IMG/VR virus record: IMGVR_UViG_3300036780_000171
Span: 19,462 to 83,461 of that record
Strand: one strand, 5' to 3'
Length of the DNA stretch: 64,000 nt
Source of the DNA: a virus
Within the stretch, counting starts at the first letter, position 1; the number at the start of each line of letters is the position of its first letter. Below are positions 15,853-25,677 of this stretch, one piece after another. A program made the translations under genes and the position numbers. The notes beneath the pieces are model-generated. The model was not told the DNA's origin, searched no databases, and worked only from the letters and a program-made list of their open reading frames with translations.

Positions 15853-16587
15853 TTAGCCTTTCAATCTAAATACTGCCGACTCATTAAAACGTCGCTCAAT
15901 TTCAAAACCAAGTTGTACTAGCACCTGTGCTTCTTCGCTGATATGCACTAATCCGTGACCACTTACCAGATAAATGCCATATAGCGAAAATAGGCCGCCA
16001 CGTTTTAGTACATGCTTTACTTGCTTATAGAATAGTAGTCGTTCATTTCTATCCATAAGACCAATGACAGCCGAGCTGCTAACCGCATCAACGGTTTTGC
16101 GTTTTAGTGGTATCTTCTCGCATAAATCGGCACAAATAAACTCGCTATCGAAATTGTATTTGTGCCAGCCTTGGCTATGCTCAATAAGGTCGACCGCATA
16201 GGCTTTATCATAGCCAAGCAGCAATGCCACGTCAGCATCGCAGCTATCGCCACAACCGGCATCAAGAAATATGCCACCATCGACTTTCTGGCTACTAAGT
16301 GAACCATGGAATAGCTGGCGCATGGCCGTACTCATGATGTAATTGATACTCTTGTAGCGATTAGGGCTATGCATATTATTCTCGACTGTGCATTGTGGTT
16401 CTGGATAATAACCGGATTTCCAATAAAACTCATAGTGGCGACGGCGTTCACCGCCTTTTGCCCGTATTTTGCTTAACATGAGCTTCATGCGTTCGGGGTC
16501 TTTGCGATTCCACTTAATGGGTTCATTGACGAAAATTTGGAAATTTCCTATGTTAACTGGTTTCATATCTACTGTTAAACTAATCAT
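15853..16587 (-). CDS. Class I SAM-dependent methyltransferase
   Basis: FLDAGCG, AVDL, VLKRGG motifs. Confidence 0.8.
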   Translation of the reverse strand: MISLTVDMKPVNIGNFQIFVNEPIKWNRKDPERMKLMLSKIRAKGGERRRHYEFYWKSGYYPEPQCTVENNMHSPNRYKSINYIMSTAMRQLFHGSLSSQKVDGGIFLDAGCGDSCDADVALLLGYDKAYAVDLIEHSQGWHKYNFDSEFICADLCEKIPLKRKTVDAVSSSAVIGLMDRNERLLFYKQVKHVLKRGGLFSLYGIYLVSGHGLVHISEEAQVLVQLGFEIERRFNESAVFRLKG

Positions 16588-16851
16588 ATTTTAAATGTCC
16601 TATTACACTTTTGACACTGCAGTTTATTCCAGCCGGTAACTTCCAGCATCCTGCCATAGCAGTCAGGACAGCGATAGCCGAGAAAAATCATTAATCTGCG
16701 CCATAAATATATCATTTCTTTTTACCCAATAGACTACTGATTATGAAATACGGATAAATCTTGCCGTTACTTCGCACTCTGGCACGCAAGCGGCCATTGC
16801 CAATACTCGCATATGGCTTTAGGCCTTTTGGTGATAGATAAAACCCAAATC

Positions 16852-17088
16852 TCATGACTTTATCTCCGGTGGTAACATGCCATTTTTACGTAACTCTTGG
16901 GTTATGGCTTCCTCGGTTTTACCATATAAAATAATTACTTCGTGGCTTTCCAGCCCTAACTCATCAAGTGCAAAATATATTGGTTTGCCTTGTTTCAGCC
17001 GTTCAATATTGCCGTCGCTCAAACCAAAGCCAAAAACAGTTATGCCATTCTTTCTTTTTGCTTGAAACTTTATCATGGCTTGCTCCAT
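16852..17088 (-). CDS. Hypothetical protein
   Basis: Packed ORF (FGLSDGNIERLKQGKPI). Confidence 0.65.
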   Translation of the reverse strand: MEQAMIKFQAKRKNGITVFGFGLSDGNIERLKQGKPIYFALDELGLESHEVIILYGKTEEAITQELRKNGMLPPEIKS

Positions 17089-17363
17089 GTCAAATCTTCG
17101 TAGTCAGTCGCTGCCGCAGTATACCTATCGTAATGGTCAATTTTGGCATTATTGCCATTAGCATAAACAACGAAAGCTAACTTGCTTTGATTCTTAAAAC
17201 TCTTAATACGACCACGTTCCCATTGCTTAGGGTCATCAATAGCATGTAGTGGTATGTAATAAATGGTCTTGCCAATATCCTGCTCGGTTAGTTTGGTAAT
17301 TGGCTTACCCATTGGTAGCCTCGCAATATGGATTTGGCTTGCCGCTAATAGGGTCTGGTTCAC
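17073..17363 (-). CDS. Hypothetical protein (true start probably the internal MGKP)
   Basis: Packed ORF. Confidence 0.55.
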   Translation of the reverse strand: MNQTLLAASQIHIARLPMGKPITKLTEQDIGKTIYYIPLHAIDDPKQWERGRIKSFKNQSKLAFVVYANGNNAKIDHYDRYTAAATDYEDLTWSKP

Positions 17364-17856
17364 AACTGCCTATTTTTAATAGTGTACCAGTGGCCGACCA
17401 CTCATTTCCCCACAAGTCATATTGTGGCCGGTTTGGGTCAGTACAATTCTCATAGCACTTATTGGTGCTGGTCACCGGCGCATCTTTGTCAAGCGCACCA
17501 TTCGGGTTAAACTCGCAGACATCATTGCCCGTGTTGCCGACACATGTGCCGCTGGTATTGTGTGATGTGCTAGTAACCGGCTTTGCTGGTATAGTGGACT
17601 TTACCACTGGCTTTGGTGCTGGCACAGCAGGTGTGACAGTCGCTGAACTTGCCTTGTATGTTGGGGTTGGAGCTGGCTTGCTAGGATGAGTCACGGGTTT
17701 AGTAGGTTTATTATCACTTATTTGTATATCGGGCTTGGAGCTGGTTAGTGTAACAGGGGCAAGCTTATTGGTATTTGATAAACTAACAAGGCTGGCAGCT
17801 ATGGTCACCAGTGAAAATAGTATCAAGCGTTTCATGATTTTTTTAATCCCGCTCAT
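17305..17856 (-). CDS. Secreted Pro/Thr/Ser-rich protein with Cys-rich C-terminus
   Basis: N-terminal signal-like segment, low-complexity linker, six Cys. Confidence 0.65.
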   Translation of the reverse strand: MSGIKKIMKRLILFSLVTIAASLVSLSNTNKLAPVTLTSSKPDIQISDNKPTKPVTHPSKPAPTPTYKASSATVTPAVPAPKPVVKSTIPAKPVTSTSHNTSGTCVGNTGNDVCEFNPNGALDKDAPVTSTNKCYENCTDPNRPQYDLWGNEWSATGTLLKIGSCEPDPISGKPNPYCEATNG

Positions 17857-18683
17857 AGTTCTTCCAAAAACTTCACTTCCTTATCCCACGCGCCAAGAAT
17901 TTGCCAGAAAAATCCGAATGGCGACTGCGCCAGTAAGATTGGGTCACGACGTCTTGTTACATCAGTAGTCTTGGCTTTCTCTACTATTAAGTAATAGTTG
18001 GTTTTCTGGTCACATAACTTGTCGGTCAGCTTTTCATACCTGGCAATTTCCTTCACGGCCTCTTTTGGTAAGTCTGGAATAAGCGTAGCGATATTCTCGG
18101 CCTTAAGATGGGTATGCGCGTTTAGAACGGCTGCTATGGCCTCGCTGGTGGTATATGGCCAGTCGTTATAGCCATCTTTAAATGATTCATATTGCCTTCT
18201 ATTTTCAAGCCTGATAAGCATCGAACACATTTCCTGATAGGCATATTTGTAAACGCCGGTCATGTCACTACTATCACGGACTTCCCAGGCATCGGCTATA
18301 TGGCCGCCGAGCGCTTTTGGCAGCTTAACTTTCTGAGCCCTTGGTTTCTTGGGAATAAGTAGCTCTATCTTTTGCTTTAGTACGATGAGCTGTTCGTCAA
18401 GGTAGTCTGGGCGGCAGTTAATTGCCATTTTGGGGATAGTCAAGGTGCCTAACTCGTAGATTTCCTTGGGAGTCAGTTCCGGCAATTTCTTTTTGGAAGG
18501 CTGCTTTTTCTTTTTGGTGATTCCACTTACCTCGCTGCCGCTATAATCCAGGTCGGCTATCTGAACATAGTCACCATAATCCATGGTAGTTGAAGTACCT
18601 TTTAAAATACCATGCTGGGCAAAATCGTATAATCTGCTTTCTTTCTGCTGCTCAAATAGCTTATGTCCAAATATTTTTATCAT
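17853..18683 (-). CDS. Hypothetical phage protein
   Basis: 276-aa ORF ending DPILLAQSPFGFFWQILGAWD. Confidence 0.75.
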   Translation of the reverse strand: MIKIFGHKLFEQQKESRLYDFAQHGILKGTSTTMDYGDYVQIADLDYSGSEVSGITKKKKQPSKKKLPELTPKEIYELGTLTIPKMAINCRPDYLDEQLIVLKQKIELLIPKKPRAQKVKLPKALGGHIADAWEVRDSSDMTGVYKYAYQEMCSMLIRLENRRQYESFKDGYNDWPYTTSEAIAAVLNAHTHLKAENIATLIPDLPKEAVKEIARYEKLTDKLCDQKTNYYLIVEKAKTTDVTRRRDPILLAQSPFGFFWQILGAWDKEVKFLEEL

Positions 18684-18862
18684 TGTTTTTCCTTTTTATG
18701 TAGAATAATCAGCTCCGTGGTAATAATGGCACCAAGCAAAAATCCTATGCCGACTTGCCAGCCAATGAAAATTGCCAGAAATAATGTGACTGACACGACC
18801 AATACAATGTAATGTGCTGCTTTATTTACCTGTTCGTCATTCTTCATTGTTTTCATCTTCAT
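18680..18862 (-). CDS. Small membrane protein
   Basis: Two hydrophobic segments. Confidence 0.55.
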   Translation of the reverse strand: MKMKTMKNDEQVNKAAHYIVLVVSVTLFLAIFIGWQVGIGFLLGAIITTELIILHKKEKQ

Positions 18863-18981
18863 CCTCCACTACTTCACCGCTTGTATAGCCTTCCTTAATT
18901 AGTTCGCCAATGTGCTCCTGGTCGACTTCGCTAAGCTCAAGGTCGTTCGGCGAAAGCGTTAATTCCCACCAACCGCGTTGG

Positions 18982-19434
18982 TCAGCCATCATCTTCTCCC
19001 ATGGTATCAGCATCGCGTTGGAATATACTAATTGCATCTTTAGCACGTTTCCAGCCCTTTTTACTACCTAAAATCTCATTGAGTTTTTCTACAGCAGCAG
19101 TATTACGGTTTAAGCTATTAATCAGGTGGTCGGCTGAATTATTGCGTTGTATATCGAGCTTTTGTTTAATGTTTTCGGCACTATCTTCACTCTTTGGCGT
19201 TGGTAATGTTTTCTGCTCATCGCTAGATTTTTTCATATACTTTTCGCCGTGCTTTGCCATTTCCCTTTTATAGTCTTCATAGGTAATGACTTCTGGTATG
19301 CGACAAATGGTAATTACACCTTGGCCTCGGCCGGTGATTTCGGCAATTACCTTGCTGCTTTTGTGCTGCTTGAGCAGCATTTTAATCAGGTCAAAATCAT
19401 CCTTACTGACCCGTGTGTGTAGTTGCTTTGGCAT
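18982..19434 (-). CDS. Hypothetical protein, possible N-terminal HTH
   Basis: SSKVIAEITGRGQGVI segment. Confidence 0.6.
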   Translation of the reverse strand: MPKQLHTRVSKDDFDLIKMLLKQHKSSKVIAEITGRGQGVITICRIPEVITYEDYKREMAKHGEKYMKKSSDEQKTLPTPKSEDSAENIKQKLDIQRNNSADHLINSLNRNTAAVEKLNEILGSKKGWKRAKDAISIFQRDADTMGEDDG

Positions 19435-20200
19435 TGCTGTATCTCCCTGCCTTTAAAATAATATCAACTGCCCGAAAAATGGGGCGGATTTCTTCGTTAC
19501 TTGGCATCTTGCCATTCAGCCAATGCTGTATGTAGCCGCGAGCACCTTTCTTATCCCAATCCTGGCCGTCTATAGCTTCTGTTTCGTTCATAATGATATA
19601 TGCCACGGCTTCGGCTTGAAACTCACGTATATCGCGTTCTATAGCCTTTGAGTCCATAATCTCTTTGTCAGTATGGCCAAGTATAATATGGGCAATTTCG
19701 TGTATTGCAGTTTCTATAGGGTATTCCGCTATCGGATTTATCGCGAATGAATGGTGGTGGGCATATCCCTGCACGTTGCCATTGGTGCGTTTAAATTCTT
19801 CTTGGCCAATAATCAGCTCACTGCAGGCCGCTAATACGCTCCAGGCTGGTAGTTCAATATGCTTTTTAAGTTCTTCGCCTTCCGTATCTGACAATGTAAA
19901 CACGCATTTGAGCGGTTTGAAGATAATAAATTCTTCTTTCTTTTCGCCTTTTTCATTTGTCTTATAGACCGGCGTGGGCTTGACAATGATTTTTGCTTTG
20001 CTGCCCTTTTTAACTGTACGTCCGAGTTGTTTCCAACGTAACCACGTAGCTACCGGCTCTTCGACATCTTGCGACCATAATAGTAACTGATTGCCATAGC
20101 TGTAGTTATAAAAGCGGTTAAATATTTTGCTTAGGCTGCCTTCCACCTTGATTGCCTCTGTAATTAAGGCTGACCAATCTGGTGTTTTTATTACTTCCAT
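19403..20200 (-). CDS. ardC: ArdC-like antirestriction/ssDNA-binding protein with zincin HEXXH domain
   Basis: FYNYSYGNQLL..ATWLRWKQLGRTVKKGSKA; HEIAH..EFQAEAVAY; start moved to ATG 20200, 6 nt after TATACT. Confidence 0.85.
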   Translation of the reverse strand: MEVIKTPDWSALITEAIKVEGSLSKIFNRFYNYSYGNQLLLWSQDVEEPVATWLRWKQLGRTVKKGSKAKIIVKPTPVYKTNEKGEKKEEFIIFKPLKCVFTLSDTEGEELKKHIELPAWSVLAACSELIIGQEEFKRTNGNVQGYAHHHSFAINPIAEYPIETAIHEIAHIILGHTDKEIMDSKAIERDIREFQAEAVAYIIMNETEAIDGQDWDKKGARGYIQHWLNGKMPSNEEIRPIFRAVDIILKAGRYSNAKATTHTGQ

Positions 20201-20206
20201 ACCATA

Positions 20207-20249
20207 AGTATACACAACCGTGATACATAAATCAAGTAGTTTATCCACA
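20207..20249 (-). promoter_or_regulatory. Promoter of the GTG-TA family with upstream DnaA box
   Basis: TGTGGATAA-5 nt-TTGATT-17 nt-TATACT. Confidence 0.75.
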
Positions 20250-20726
20250 CTTATGTTTATGTTGTACCCATCGACCAAGAGTATCTCTGACAAAACAAGA
20301 TTTATTATGCATCTTTATATGCTCGCCATTTGAAACAAAAACTTCTAAGTTGCTCGGGTCATTATTTTTAGTATTGGCATCTTTATGATTTACAACTTCA
20401 GTGGGCTTTAATCTACGTCCTATGAAAATTTCGGCTATTAGCCTATGCTCCGCGACATAACCATCAGCTCTAGCTAAATGATGTTCAGGCAGTAATATAT
20501 GTTTATAGCCTTTTATCCATCGTATGCCGCCTTTCCAGTGACCATTTTTTTCACCTGATGCTCTAGCCCAACTAGTACGGCGCGGTGTTTTTGTACGCTT
20601 AAGAGATGTTAAAACCGACTGCTCATAGCATCCATACTGGTTAGCAATTTGTTTGCCGGTTTTGCCAGATAAGTAACATTTTTTGATTTCTTGATCTTGA
20701 CTAGGATTAAATAGAGATTTTCCCAT
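20241..20726 (-). CDS. HNH homing endonuclease with N-terminal HTH
   Basis: HWKGG..GYVAEHRLIAE..VVNHKDANTKNNDPSNL. Confidence 0.85.
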   Translation of the reverse strand: MGKSLFNPSQDQEIKKCYLSGKTGKQIANQYGCYEQSVLTSLKRTKTPRRTSWARASGEKNGHWKGGIRWIKGYKHILLPEHHLARADGYVAEHRLIAEIFIGRRLKPTEVVNHKDANTKNNDPSNLEVFVSNGEHIKMHNKSCFVRDTLGRWVQHKHKCG

Positions 20727-20757
20727 AGTAAGATTATACCTAAATTAGGGAATAGCG

Positions 20758-21231
20758 TTAACGAAAGAGTGGATAATATATTTCATACTTTTCGCTATTT
20801 TTATACATCGTTAGTGGTTGACCTTTCTTACTTTGATGCCACCATAAAATCAGACGACCAGTCCTGCCATTTCCATCCGCCCAAGGATGACAATGTTCTA
20901 ATGCTATATGAGCAACGAGCGGGTCAAACTCTTTGTTAGGGTCGCCATAATCCAGGAGCCAATTTTCCATCAGATGCGGCACTATATGCCAAGCAGGACA
21001 AACTCTACCGCCGACACTGACGTTAATGTCACGGTAATAGCCGCGCCAGTTTGGTTGCAAGTCGTCCTGAAACAACGTCAGTTGTTTCTGTAGCTTACAA
21101 ATTACGCCTTTGTTGAGTTGCTTTTGCTTGATAAGCCATGCCCAGGCGTCTATGCCAAGCTTATCTGCTTTTTTGCTATCATAGCCTTCTATACAGTTTG
21201 ACTCATGAATATATGCAAGCATGTCTGTCAT
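20758..21231 (-). CDS. Fic family protein
   Basis: HPWADGNGRTGR Fic motif; ESNCIEG. Confidence 0.92.
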   Translation of the reverse strand: MTDMLAYIHESNCIEGYDSKKADKLGIDAWAWLIKQKQLNKGVICKLQKQLTLFQDDLQPNWRGYYRDINVSVGGRVCPAWHIVPHLMENWLLDYGDPNKEFDPLVAHIALEHCHPWADGNGRTGRLILWWHQSKKGQPLTMYKNSEKYEIYYPLFR

Positions 21232-21378
21232 AACAACTCGATACCAATACAGCTGCCACCGAGCAGAAAACCGCCCAAACCTATCCAGCCGCTAGGCGGC
21301 TTGCCATGAGCCACCAGAAAGGCTTGAAATGCCAACGTGACAGCCCATATAAGAATGGCTGCGATAAATTCTAATACT

Positions 21379-21888
21379 CTATTCATTTGGCGATACTCCG
21401 CGCATTACGATAGCTTCTACGTCGGTCACATCATTTAATCTTGCAAATTCACCAAAAAGTTCATCTGCTTTTTCATTATATGCCTTCGCTGCATTCTTAC
21501 TATCATCAAATATTCCTATGTAGTGATTTTTTCCATTGTATTGTATTTGTGCTATCCATTTCATACCATTTGCTTGTTTGCGGCAGGTAATACCTTTATA
21601 ACCAGAAGTATTATTCGATTGCTTAAGTTTATTACTACCATTATTTGACCGTCTACCAATTCTAAGATTATTGCGCTGACAGTTTAGTTTATCCAAATCT
21701 TTATGGTCAACTTCTAATCCTATTGGCTCGCCAAGTAATAATCTATGTAAGTATATTTTTCTTTTGCTAGGCCACTCTTTTCTATGAGCATATCGGCCAT
21801 CATATGTCCATTTCCATTTACTCAACCAATCGTAATCGGCATCATCAACCATTGCGACCTTACCCTTTGTAAGTTTTACAAGCTTCAT
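21379..21888 (-). CDS. HNH homing endonuclease with AP2 domain
   Basis: LTKGKVAMVDDADY..LHRLL..VDHKDLDKLNCQRNNLR..AAKAYN..FGEFARLN. Confidence 0.9.
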   Translation of the reverse strand: MKLVKLTKGKVAMVDDADYDWLSKWKWTYDGRYAHRKEWPSKRKIYLHRLLLGEPIGLEVDHKDLDKLNCQRNNLRIGRRSNNGSNKLKQSNNTSGYKGITCRKQANGMKWIAQIQYNGKNHYIGIFDDSKNAAKAYNEKADELFGEFARLNDVTDVEAIVMRGVSPNE

Positions 21889-21892
21889 ATCT

Positions 21893-22243
21893 TTACTTTT
21901 CTCGCACAATTAAATTGAGCTTGCCTATTGCTGTACTTTGAATGTCATCAAAAGCTATGTCAACATTTAAGAGCTGCCAATCAGTTTTACTGGCATAATT
22001 ATCAACCCAGTGATTAATATGTAACTCTCTAGCAACTTGGCGGGCATATAGTTCGCCACTACCTGACCAGACTAAAATCTTAGTATTCTTGAACTTATGA
22101 AAAATTCTAACCAATGTGCGTATATCTTCATTGGCAACTATAGTTTTACTTGTATTATTACGAAGCGTACCGTCTATATCAAAGGCAATAACTACTTTTT
22201 TCATTTCTCTAGTAGGTAAACCGAGTTCTTTATTTGCGTCCAT
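21893..22243 (-). CDS. HAD-superfamily hydrolase-like protein
   Basis: IAFDIDGTL, VWSG, AFDD motifs. Confidence 0.75.
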   Translation of the reverse strand: MDANKELGLPTREMKKVVIAFDIDGTLRNNTSKTIVANEDIRTLVRIFHKFKNTKILVWSGSGELYARQVARELHINHWVDNYASKTDWQLLNVDIAFDDIQSTAIGKLNLIVREK

Positions 22244-22270
22244 AACTATTTAAAAATTAACTTGCTATAT

Positions 22271-22498
22271 TTAGTAACTGTTTCGCATCAGGTTTATAAA
22301 ACTTTCCTTCGGGTAGCTTTTTTTGCCATATTTCTTGGCGATTTCGGCTCGTCCAGCGTTTATCCGGTTGATAATTGGCTGTGCTTCGCGCTGGGCTTGT
22401 TCCCTGTTAATTTCGCCATTGTCGTACCGCTTTTTGACTTCTGCTATGTCCATTCTATTCTTGACTGCTTCTGGTTTCATTGCTTTTTCGCCTTTCAA
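22271..22498 (-). CDS. Hypothetical protein
   Basis: Downstream of promoter 22519-22547. Confidence 0.6.
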   Translation of the reverse strand: MKGEKAMKPEAVKNRMDIAEVKKRYDNGEINREQAQREAQPIINRINAGRAEIAKKYGKKSYPKESFINLMRNSY

Positions 22499-22660
22499 TG
22501 ATTAACCTTTATATTATTAGTATACACCACCTCGATATATAATTCAAGTCTTTTTTGCTCAACTTTTAAGAATTCCTTAAAAATTGTGGATAACTATTTT
22601 ATCAAAATAAAAGCGAAAAAACGAAATATATATGGAGAACTCTTTTTCTCGCTTTTACAT

Positions 22661-23233
22661 TTAGTAGTAGTTGTTTGCTTTATGGAAAGCTACCTCGGCA
22701 GCCCATGAACCATACCGGCCAAGTACATATTTATTTGCCCAGCGTAACTGGCAAACTTCATCTGCGGCTGAACAACCATCTTTGCCGCATGGTACGGTTT
22801 GCTCAAGATGACAAGCTCCTGATGATGGTTCAACTTCATTTGGGTTCCAACCTGATTCAGCATTTATTGTCCATTCGACATAACCATAATCTGACGATGC
22901 TATACCAGCTTCGGCCATGAGTTCTTTATGCGAACCAGTCGGATAGTTTGGTGCTACAGGTGCTGGGTCAGGTGTAAGTTTTGGTGCCGGTGTGGACGGT
23001 GGGGCTGGTAAATGGCAAGTGCCATCTTGCGCCCATATTATATCCTTGGAGTTTGGACAATGTGGCCATGTCGCCGGATTATTCGGGTCAAACTTTGGTT
23101 TTGGCGGCTTCTTTGGCTTGGCAATTTGTGGCACTGGTAAAATAATTGCCACATCTTTTGAAGATGTCACAGGTTTTGTATTTGGAACATTATTCGCGCG
23201 TGGGGAAATATTGAATGGCTGGAATAAAGCCAA
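22661..23233 (-). CDS. Secreted lytic transglycosylase-like protein (start uncertain)
   Basis: Pro-rich linker; AESGWNPN..SSGA..Q..YVLGRYGSW lysozyme-like domain. Confidence 0.75.
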   Translation of the reverse strand: MALFQPFNISPRANNVPNTKPVTSSKDVAIILPVPQIAKPKKPPKPKFDPNNPATWPHCPNSKDIIWAQDGTCHLPAPPSTPAPKLTPDPAPVAPNYPTGSHKELMAEAGIASSDYGYVEWTINAESGWNPNEVEPSSGACHLEQTVPCGKDGCSAADEVCQLRWANKYVLGRYGSWAAEVAFHKANNYY

Positions 23234-23409
23234 TGAGAAGAAAAAAATTAACGCACGTTCAAAGTTTCTATAAATAAAAAACCTACTCGTTAACTAGACC
23301 AGTATATCAAATGCTGGCAAGTCGTTTAATAGTATTCAATTTCAAATATCTGGTAAATAAATACTTACCAATGCTCAATTATAAAGTATGCACCAGAGCA
23401 ATGCAAGAC

Positions 23410-24114
23410 CTATAATGGTCTTCCGTGCCTATCATATTTACGTATTGAAATTGGCCTAAAGTTTTCAAATATTTGTTTTTTTCTATCCATGTAAATAGTG
23501 GCATCGCTATAGAGATACTCGTAGAAAGCTTTACAGCGTTTTTGTGATAATAACTTTAGTTGCCAAGTATTTGTAGCTCGTCGATTATCTTTGTATATGC
23601 ACTTATCTTTGTCAGTTAGAAATGGTAAATGAGCCTTAATACTAAATAGAAATTCTTGAGTACCACAGATAGATACCCCTAAACTTTGCCAGTCTTTGAC
23701 CTTATGAATAAATACGCTACCATCGCCATCGAAATAACCACGTATAAAATGTGGCTCTAATCGTTGGCTAATTTTTGGAAATTGTAATACCAATGACTTT
23801 CTTTGTATGCAGCCATATCTTTCTAAATCGGCGACCAGTTTTGTGGATATTATAGTCTGTAAATAATATGCTTTATCTACATTATAGCCGCTATGCGATA
23901 TATAAATTCTAACAGGTTTATTTGTACCAATGCTTTTTGAGAATAACTCCAATGGTTCTAGCTCACCTAATCTAATACCTAGAACATCCTGACCTTGTTT
24001 CCTTTTTGTTATATACCCATCTGCAAAAATAAAACCAAGCCAGTAAGCTTTTTCAGCAGTATTGATAGTTTCAAAGAAATTTTCATTTAGCGTATACTGC
24101 CGTTTCCTTGCCAT
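23410..24114 (-). CDS. Free-standing LAGLIDADG homing endonuclease
   Basis: YWLGFIFADG and HFIRGYFDGDG motifs. Confidence 0.9.
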   Translation of the reverse strand: MARKRQYTLNENFFETINTAEKAYWLGFIFADGYITKRKQGQDVLGIRLGELEPLELFSKSIGTNKPVRIYISHSGYNVDKAYYLQTIISTKLVADLERYGCIQRKSLVLQFPKISQRLEPHFIRGYFDGDGSVFIHKVKDWQSLGVSICGTQEFLFSIKAHLPFLTDKDKCIYKDNRRATNTWQLKLLSQKRCKAFYEYLYSDATIYMDRKKQIFENFRPISIRKYDRHGRPL

Positions 24115-24160
24115 TTGTATATTATATCAAAATGTACAATTTAATTCTATACCCTAAAGC

Positions 24161-24344
24161 AAAAAGCCTCTAACAAGTAGAGACTATGCCGGATACATTT
24201 GTGACTGTATTAGTGGTGGTTTGTGTAGCTTAAAAACTACGTTTCCACATTTCAAGCCAGAGACTTTCAACTCCTGTATTTTTGGTGCCGGCCTAACCAT
24301 TTCCGGACTACATGCGCCTGTTTAGTCGGTGCAATACCGTATCC
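24161..24344 (-). ncRNA. Candidate multi-stem ncRNA with its own promoter and terminator
   Basis: TG-TAAAAT 6 nt upstream; closing helix GGATAC/GTATCC; several hairpins; terminator AGTCTCTA/TAGAGGCT-TTTT. Confidence 0.55.
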
Positions 24345-24348
24345 TTTT

Positions 24349-24546
24349 TTATTTTAGCATAGAACGACAATTCTGGCATAAGATATATTCTTTGAACGAT
24401 TTATCGTCAAACCAGATAATTTCAAATTTAGTTAAACAACGCACACATTTTTTAGTGCGCTTATGGGCTTTAGGCTGTGACTTTACTTGGCGAGGTTTAT
24501 CACGCCAAAAGTTAGCATTAGGTTGTAATGACTCTAGCCGAGTCAT
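24349..24546 (-). CDS. Small zinc-finger protein
   Basis: CVRC...CQNC. Confidence 0.55.
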   Translation of the reverse strand: MTRLESLQPNANFWRDKPRQVKSQPKAHKRTKKCVRCLTKFEIIWFDDKSFKEYILCQNCRSMLK

Positions 24547-24551
24547 TTATA

Positions 24552-25151
24552 TTACACTCGATGACGCTTGAGCCGTAGCAAATTGCCAAGATATCCAACT
24601 ATACCAACCAGGGCTGCTGCGGGCAGCAAAAAATTACCGGCACCAGTATTTGGTAGTGTTGTAGGCTGTTCTACAGCAACTGGCTTCGTGGGCTTGACTG
24701 TTGGCGTTGTCACATTGGTAGTAGTTGTCACTGGTGGCACAAAGGGTGGCGGCACACTAGGCGGGGTGCTTGGTGTTGTTGCTGGCGGAGTAGTAGGCAG
24801 TGGCGTAGTGATTGGTGGCGGCACTGCTGGCGGAGTAGTACTTTTGTGGCACGGTTTCTTGTGCGGCTTTGGTTTGACATACAAAACCACTACAGGCTTT
24901 TTGTGGCACGGTTTCTTTGGTGCAGGTTTGACATATACTATGGACTTGGGCTTTGGTGGGCATGGTTTAGTTTGTTTTGGCTTGGTATAAACCGGAGCCG
25001 GTTTATGACATGGCTTCTTATGGGAACCGGCCTGATATGTATTCGTGTGCTTATCGTTCTGGCTATATTGCTGGTTGCCGTGTGCCGAAGCAGTGGCCGG
25101 TGTCACCAGAACAGCTATTGCCACCAGCACGCCGAGTAATAGCTTTTTCAT
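24552..25151 (-). CDS. Secreted surface protein with LPXTG-like sorting signal
   Basis: Signal peptide MKKLLLG..ASA; KKPCHK repeats; P/T stalk; LPNTG + TM + basic tail. Confidence 0.8.
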   Translation of the reverse strand: MKKLLLGVLVAIAVLVTPATASAHGNQQYSQNDKHTNTYQAGSHKKPCHKPAPVYTKPKQTKPCPPKPKSIVYVKPAPKKPCHKKPVVVLYVKPKPHKKPCHKSTTPPAVPPPITTPLPTTPPATTPSTPPSVPPPFVPPVTTTTNVTTPTVKPTKPVAVEQPTTLPNTGAGNFLLPAAALVGIVGYLGNLLRLKRHRV

Positions 25152-25227
25152 ATTTACAACCCTACAGCAAATATTCAGACTGTGCAAGTTTTTATTTTTT
25201 ACACAGTGGTGTATAAAATGTATTCAC

Positions 25228-25578
25228 TTATTTAGATTTACTACATGTATCAGAACACCAGCGAGTCCGATGTCCTGTTAACGTTTTACCACATCGTTCA
25301 CACGTTAAACGTGAGCCGTTTTTAAGTTTTTGCTCAATCTTTTTATCACGGACAAGACCAATGCTTTGTTCAAAGGTTTTATCCCGTGCCTCACGTACTA
25401 ATTCATGCCTAATTTGCCGATAATGGGTTCTGTAGCGTAAGTCATAGGCTAACATTTTTAATTCAAGCTTGAGTGAAGCCCTGAGATAATCCGCTTTTGT
25501 TGGTGTTTGTTGTTCTGGCTCATCTGCTACTAGTTCGCCGTCGATATATATTTTTAGTGGTTGTGTTTGTGTGACCAT
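25228..25578 (-). CDS. Hypothetical protein with C-terminal zinc finger
   Basis: CERCG..WCSDTC; ATG 6 nt after TATAAT. Confidence 0.65.
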   Translation of the reverse strand: MVTQTQPLKIYIDGELVADEPEQQTPTKADYLRASLKLELKMLAYDLRYRTHYRQIRHELVREARDKTFEQSIGLVRDKKIEQKLKNGSRLTCERCGKTLTGHRTRWCSDTCSKSK

Positions 25579-25629
25579 AACTATATTATACACGAGCTTG
25601 ATAAAATGTCAAGTCCATTATCCAAAATT

Positions 25630-25665
25630 AAGAAAACACCACCTGAATATTTGTGGTGTTTTCTT
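25630..25665 (-). terminator. Intrinsic terminator
   Basis: AAGAAAACACCAC/GTGGTGTTTTCTT inverted repeat. Confidence 0.75.
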
Positions 25666-25677
25666 GACTAGACTAGC

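Noticed and set aside
23280-24350. Group I intron or intein around the LAGLIDADG gene
   Set aside because: No interrupted host gene or splice motifs seen; the ORF has its own promoter, start and stop.
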